Below are positions 29,017 to 33,074 of a stretch of 33,074 bases of DNA, in pieces; position 1 is the first letter of the stretch; each line of letters opens with the position of its first letter. The notes beneath the pieces are model-generated. The model saw only the letters and a program-made list of their open reading frames with translations, searched no databases and was not told where the DNA came from. Source of the stretch: a virus (lineage: Duplodnaviria; Heunggongvirae; Uroviricota; Caudoviricetes). Location: the IMG/VR virus record IMGVR_UViG_2737471830_000002. The stretch is one strand, 5' to 3'. A program made the position numbers and the translations under genes.

Positions 29017-29523
29017 ATGGCAAGCAGAGGCGTAAATAAGGTGATTATCCTTGGTCGGGTAGGACAAGACCCGGAAGTTCGATACTCACCATCAGGAACA
29101 GCGTTCGCTAACCTGACAATAGCCACGTCAGAACAATGGCGAGATAAAAATACTGGCGAGCAAAAGGAATTGACTGAATGGCATCGTGTTGCTGTATCCG
29201 GGAAACTGGCTGAGGTCGTGGGGCAGTATGTGAAAAAAGGTGATCAGATTTATTTCGAGGGAATGCTGAGAACCAGAAAGTGGAAAGACCAGTCAGGGCA
29301 AGACCGTTACACAACCGAGGTTCATGTCGGAATTAATGGCGTGATGCAAATGCTTGGCGGCATTGGCGACAGCAAACAACAAGCAGCCAGCAAGCAATCA
29401 CAGAAGCCACAGCAGCAATCATCACCAGCACAACACAACGAACCTCCGATGGATTTTGACGACGATATACCCTTTGCACCAGTAACTCTCCCCTTCCCTC
29501 GTCACGCTATTCACGCAATTTAA
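29017..29523 (+). CDS. ssb: Single-stranded DNA-binding protein with C-terminal extension
   Basis: OB-fold N-terminus [44 protein letters not shown]...; acidic tip [11 protein letters not shown] is followed by [15 protein letters not shown] before the stop. Confidence 0.9.
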   Translation: MASRGVNKVIILGRVGQDPEVRYSPSGTAFANLTIATSEQWRDKNTGEQKELTEWHRVAVSGKLAEVVGQYVKKGDQIYFEGMLRTRKWKDQSGQDRYTTEVHVGINGVMQMLGGIGDSKQQAASKQSQKPQQQSSPAQHNEPPMDFDDDIPFAPVTLPFPRHAIHAI

Positions 29524-29536
29524 TCAGGAGAAAATC

Positions 29537-29833
29537 ATGCCAGCGCCTCTGTATGGTGCGGATGACCCGCGCCGCTGTTCCGGCAATTCCATATCGGAGG
29601 TGCTGGATAAATTCAGAAAAAACTACGACCTGATAATGTCGCTACCGCAGGAAACGAAAGAGGAAAAGGAATTTCGCCATTGTATATGGCTTGCAGAGAA
29701 AGAAGAACGCGAGCGAATTTACCAGACATCAATCCGACCATTCCGCAAAGCCACATATACCCACTTCCCTGAATATATCGACCCGCGCCTGCGTAATTAC
29801 CGCTCACGCTATGGCGCTATCAGTAATGACTGA
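29537..29833 (+). CDS. Hypothetical protein (98 aa)
   Basis: ORF with GGAG RBS following ssb. Confidence 0.45.
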   Translation: MPAPLYGADDPRRCSGNSISEVLDKFRKNYDLIMSLPQETKEEKEFRHCIWLAEKEERERIYQTSIRPFRKATYTHFPEYIDPRLRNYRSRYGAISND

Positions 29834-29843
29834 GGAATTTACC

Positions 29844-30008
29844 ATGAGAGGACTTGCATACAATCCCGGCATTCTTCCGGCAGAAATGATTATTCGCCAA
29901 CGCGTAAAGCCAATGCCATCGAGAGAGGAATTGCTTAAGAGAAATAGTTTCGGTTCTGTTAATGACAACAAATATCTGAATGCGATGTGGCGGAGTGGGA
30001 AGAAATGA
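29844..30008 (+). CDS. Hypothetical small protein (54 aa)
   Basis: ATG at 29844 with GAGGAA RBS; stop overlaps the next gene start (ATGA). Confidence 0.4.
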   Translation: MRGLAYNPGILPAEMIIRQRVKPMPSREELLKRNSFGSVNDNKYLNAMWRSGKK

Positions 30009-30775
30009 AACAAATGTCACTAATTGAGATGGATGGATTTCTGAAAGGTAAATGCATCCCACGAGATTTAAAGGTTAACGAAACAAACGCTGAATATCTT
30101 GTCCGTAAGTTCGGTGAACTTGAATCAAAACTCAACGAGCAGCGTGAGTATTACGAGGGCGTTATCTCGGATGGGAGTAAGCGTATTGCTGAACTGGAGA
30201 AAAGCGAAGAGCAACTCATCAACGAGCGTGACCATGCTGAGTATGCTTTAGCTGATATGTATTTTGCAGCAACCGGGAACAGGCCGGAATGGAGTAACTG
30301 TTTCAGTTTTTCAGATGCAGTAGATGCCGTAGTTGACAGAATTGCTGATTTAGAAGCTAAACAGCCATCGCCAGTAGTACCGGAAGAAAAACCAATGCCT
30401 AATCCTCTTAGCATGTACGCGGTTGATGCTGTTGCCGCTATTGCAGAGGTGAGAGGCTGGAATGCCTGCCGCGCCGCCATGCTTCATGGTGCCGAACCTG
30501 TAAGCCAAACTTACAAGTTGAACGAGCTATCTGGCAACTCTCCGGTAACTCCGGATAGTTGGATAAGCTGTAGTGAGCGAATGCCGGACGATAAACAGTA
30601 TGTTTGGTTTTTTGGGGAGTCTCGCGGATTTGCTGGACGCGATACCTTCGAAGGGTATTACGATTGGTCGAGAAACAAATGGTGGGCAGTAACTGACATT
30701 GGAGAAGAACCTGCATCAAAAGTAACCCACTGGATGCCGCTGCCAGAACCGCCGTGGGAGGTTAACCGTGGCTAA
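30005..30775 (+). CDS. DUF551-like prophage protein
   Basis: C-terminal region [18 protein letters not shown]...WWAV...[10 protein letters not shown] resembles the DUF551 signature common in enterobacterial prophages. Confidence 0.55.
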   Translation: MKQMSLIEMDGFLKGKCIPRDLKVNETNAEYLVRKFGELESKLNEQREYYEGVISDGSKRIAELEKSEEQLINERDHAEYALADMYFAATGNRPEWSNCFSFSDAVDAVVDRIADLEAKQPSPVVPEEKPMPNPLSMYAVDAVAAIAEVRGWNACRAAMLHGAEPVSQTYKLNELSGNSPVTPDSWISCSERMPDDKQYVWFFGESRGFAGRDTFEGYYDWSRNKWWAVTDIGEEPASKVTHWMPLPEPPWEVNRG

Positions 30776-30875
30776 CCTGCAACTTGCCGTCAAAGGTGAA
30801 TAACAATCCTCGCACTCGCGGGGATTTCTTTTATCTGAACTCGTTACGGCGGGTTTTGTTTTATGGAGATGATAA

Positions 30876-31043
30876 ATGCACTTCCGAGTCACAGGTGAAT
30901 GGAATGGAGAACCATTCAACAGAGTTATCGAAGCAGAGAACATCAACGACTGCTATGACCACTGGATGATATGGGCGCAGATAGCACATGCAGACGTAAC
31001 CAATATTCGAATTGAAGAACTGAAAGAACACCAAGCCGCCTGA
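30876..31043 (+). CDS. Hypothetical small protein (55 aa)
   Basis: ATG at 30876 after GGAGATGATAA; a terminator hairpin overlaps its stop. Confidence 0.35.
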   Translation: MHFRVTGEWNGEPFNRVIEAENINDCYDHWMIWAQIAHADVTNIRIEELKEHQAA

Positions 31044-31056
31044 TGGCGGTTTTTTA
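31033..31056 (+). terminator. Intrinsic terminator
   Basis: AAGCCGCC-TGAT-GGCGGTTT followed by TTTTTATT. Confidence 0.5.
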
Positions 31057-31065
31057 TTGCCTGAT

Positions 31066-31082
31066 TTGCAGGTTCGATTCCC
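31066..31082 (+). other. tRNA T-arm-like fragment (TTGCAGGTTCGATTCC) upstream of the excisionase gene
   Basis: Matches the T-loop consensus GGTTCGATTCC and, as recalled, the argW T-arm, but is not part of a foldable full tRNA. Confidence 0.4.
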
Positions 31083-31100
31083 TATTCGGAGATAGCACTC

Positions 31101-31301
31101 ATGCAACACGAACTACAGCCTGATTCACTGGTTGATTTGAAATTCATCATGGCTGATACTGGCTTTGGTAAAACCTTCATCTACGACCGGATTAAGTCCG
31201 GCGACCTGCCAAAAGCCAAAGTTATCCACGGGCGAGCAAGATGGTTATATCGTGACCATTGTGAATTCAAAAATAAGCTCTTAAGCCGCGCTAATGGGTA
31301 A
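31101..31301 (+). CDS. torI: Excisionase / recombination directionality factor, AlpA/TorI family
   Basis: 66 aa, MQHELQPDSLVDLKFIMADTGFGKTFIYDRIKSGDLPKAKVIHGRARWLYRDHCEFKNKLL; winged-helix AlpA-type; matches E. coli TorI as recalled. Confidence 0.75.
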   Translation: MQHELQPDSLVDLKFIMADTGFGKTFIYDRIKSGDLPKAKVIHGRARWLYRDHCEFKNKLLSRANG

Positions 31302-31374
31302 AATAGCGGGTAAAATATTTTTCACATCTAAAAAATACCATTCCAATCAATCCCCTGCCGCTTCAAGTAGATGT

Positions 31375-31389
31375 CTGCAGGGGACACCA
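31375..31389 (+). other. Attachment-site core: tRNA 3'-end fragment CTGCAGGGGACACCA (likely argW-derived)
   Basis: Acceptor-stem 3' strand plus discriminator plus CCA with no upstream tRNA body; phage genes to the left, host-like sequence to the right. Confidence 0.55.
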
Positions 31390-31549
31390 GATACCCTTCA
31401 AACGAAATCTACCTTCACTCCGTAAAAGATGGGTTTGGCAGCATGCCCTATATCTACTCATTTTTACTGCAACAGGTTGAAATCTCAGCACTGTCAGAAA
31501 GCGTTGATGACTAAACAGCCCTGGGCCGGGCGATGTAACCATCACACAG

Positions 31550-31748
31550 AATCCTGATAGCGAAATATGGCGTGACTCGATACTTCACTCCGCAATGCAT
31601 TCCTTGATGAATTCGCATGCCCGTGATACACGGGACAGGTCGCTGAATGACGACAATGTCCTGGAAATCAGCGAACCGCGTATCCGGAGTACATTTGAGC
31701 GACTGTACCAGAACATGAATGAGGCGTTTGGATTAGGTGATTATTAGC
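31550..31748 (+). other. Open frame without convincing start; possible gene remnant in the host flank
   Basis: About 66 sense codons ending ...RLYQNMNEAFGLGDY then stop; not identified. Confidence 0.2.
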
Positions 31749-31826
31749 AGGGCTAAGCATTTTAGTATTATTATTTTCCGGTTGAGGGATATGGAGATAT
31801 CGACAACAACCGGAAAAAGTTTACGT

Positions 31827-33074
31827 CTATATTGCTGAAGGTACAGGCGTTTCCATCACTATTTGCTCGCGTTTTTTACTCAGGAAGAAAATGCCAAATA
31901 GCAACATCATGCAGACAATACCCGAAATTGCGAAGAAAACTGTCTGGTAGCCTGCGTGGTCAAAGAGTATCCCAGTCGGCGTTGAAAGCAGCACAATCCC
32001 AAGCGAACTGGCAATTTGAAAACCAATCAGAAAGATCGTCGACGACAGGCGCTTATCAAAGTTTGCCACGCTGTATTTGAAGACGGATATGACACAAAGT
32101 GGAACCTCAATGGCATGTAACAGCTTCACTAATGAAATAATCCAGGGGTTAACGAACAGCGCGCAGGAAAGGATACGCAACGCCATAATCACAACACCGA
32201 TAAGTAATGCATTTTTTGGCCCTACCCGATTCACAAAGAACGGAATAATCGCCATGCACAGCGCTTCGAGTACCACCTGGAATGAGTTGAGATAACCATA
32301 CAGGCGCGTTCCTACATCGTGTGATTCGAATAAACCTGCATAAAAGACAGGAAAAAGTTGTTGATCAAAAATGTTATAGAAAGACCACGTCCCAACAATA
32401 AATATGACGAAAACCCAGAAGTTTCGATCCTTGAAAACTGCGATAAAATCCTCTTTTTTTACCCCTCCCGCATCCGCCGCTACGCACTGGTGATCCTTAT
32501 CTTTAAAACACATGTTGATCATCATAAATACAGCGCCAAATAGCGAGACCAACCAGAAGTTGATATGGGGACTGATACTAAAAAATATGCCGGCAAAGAA
32601 CGCGCCAATAGCATAGCCAAAAGATCCCCAGGCGCGCGCTGTTCCATATTCGAAATGAAAATTTCGCGCCATTTTTTCGGTGAAGCTGTCAAGCAAACCG
32701 CATCCCGCCAGATACCCCAGGCCAAAAAAGAGCGCCCCCAGAATTAGACCTACAGAAAAATTGCTTTGCAGTAACGGTTCATAAACGTAAATCATAAACG
32801 GTCCGGTCAAGACCAGGATAAAACTCATACACCAGATGAGCGGTTTCTTCAGACCGAGTTTATCCTGAACGATGCCGTAGAACATCATAAATAGAATGCT
32901 GGTAAACTGGTTGACCGAATAAAGTGTACCTAATTCCGTCCCTGTCAACCCTAGATGTCCTTTCAGCCAAATAGCGTATAACGACCACCACAGCGACCAG
33001 GAAATAAAAAAGAGAAATGAGTAACTGGATGCAAAACGATAGTACGCATTTCTGAATGGAATATTCAGTGCCAT
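31827..33074 (-). CDS. cscB: LacY-family oligosaccharide:H+ symporter, probably sucrose permease CscB
   Basis: 415 aa, 12-TM MFS; aligns along its length with LacY; the start codon is the last three bases of the window. Confidence 0.8.
   Translation of the reverse strand: MALNIPFRNAYYRFASSYSFLFFISWSLWWSLYAIWLKGHLGLTGTELGTLYSVNQFTSILFMMFYGIVQDKLGLKKPLIWCMSFILVLTGPFMIYVYEPLLQSNFSVGLILGALFFGLGYLAGCGLLDSFTEKMARNFHFEYGTARAWGSFGYAIGAFFAGIFFSISPHINFWLVSLFGAVFMMINMCFKDKDHQCVAADAGGVKKEDFIAVFKDRNFWVFVIFIVGTWSFYNIFDQQLFPVFYAGLFESHDVGTRLYGYLNSFQVVLEALCMAIIPFFVNRVGPKNALLIGVVIMALRILSCALFVNPWIISLVKLLHAIEVPLCVISVFKYSVANFDKRLSSTIFLIGFQIASSLGIVLLSTPTGILFDHAGYQTVFFAISGIVCMMLLFGIFFLSKKREQIVMETPVPSAI

Larger units (their letters stand above)
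1..31389. mobile_element. Mosaic P22-like/lambdoid prophage, right-hand portion; continues beyond the left window edge
   Basis: Contiguous phage modules in canonical order (tailspike ... terminase, lysis, Q, nin, replication, immunity, early-left, excisionase), ending at a tRNA 3'-end-like att core at 31375..31389. Confidence 0.85.

Noticed and set aside
31066-31082. Possible intact tRNA gene upstream of the excisionase gene
   Set aside because: Only the T-loop and one T-stem strand are present; flanking sequence cannot form a T-stem, acceptor stem or anticodon arm.
31363-31545. 60-aa minus-strand ORF spanning the att core
   Set aside because: Crosses the phage/host junction, has no RBS or homology, and overlaps the tRNA-like core.
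1-33074. Integrase gene, CRISPR array, rRNA or full tRNA genes within the window
   Set aside because: No ORF with tyrosine- or serine-recombinase features, no repeat-spacer array, and no complete tRNA or rRNA structures were found; the integrase is inferred to lie outside the window.

Overview
Almost the whole window (1..~31389) is a mosaic lambdoid prophage; the last ~1.7 kb is bacterial flank. The morphogenesis module is P22-like (podovirus) and lies on the minus strand: tailspike with the conserved P22-type head-binding N-terminus, three ejection proteins, tail needle, gp10/gp4 tail hub, coat, scaffold, portal, small and large terminase. The lysis cassette (S, R, Rz/Rz1), Q antiterminator and pR' region are near-identical to lambda, followed by a lambda-like nin region (ninH, rusA, ybcO-like, roi/rha-like, ninF, ninE, ninB). 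Replication genes are P22-like (gp18 initiator with internal ori iterons, gp12 DnaB-type helicase). The immunity region is lambda-type: C1/cII-like, cro (minus), cI (plus), with operators of consensus AATAC-N5-GTATT, a leaderless cI start, and nutR/nutL boxA/boxB. The plus-strand early-left operon carries N, cIII-like, kil-like, a Rad52-like annealase, SSB, several unknowns and a TorI/AlpA-type excisionase. A tRNA 3'-end-like core (CTGCAGGGGACACCA) at 31375..31389 marks the likely prophage/host junction; no integrase is in the window, so it is presumably beyond the left edge. The host flank holds a complete LacY-family permease, probably the sucrose permease CscB. Most notable: the large terminase is split by a 1-nt frameshift, ninE has an in-frame TGA at codon 5, SSB carries a 15-residue extension past its normally terminal DDDIPF, an orphan mnt sits beside the tailspike without arc/ant, and several unannotated accessory ORFs occupy classic exclusion/anti-defence positions (a membrane protein co-transcribed with cI; an acidic protein between terminators). 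All calls come from reading the sequence and recalled homology; no database search was run.
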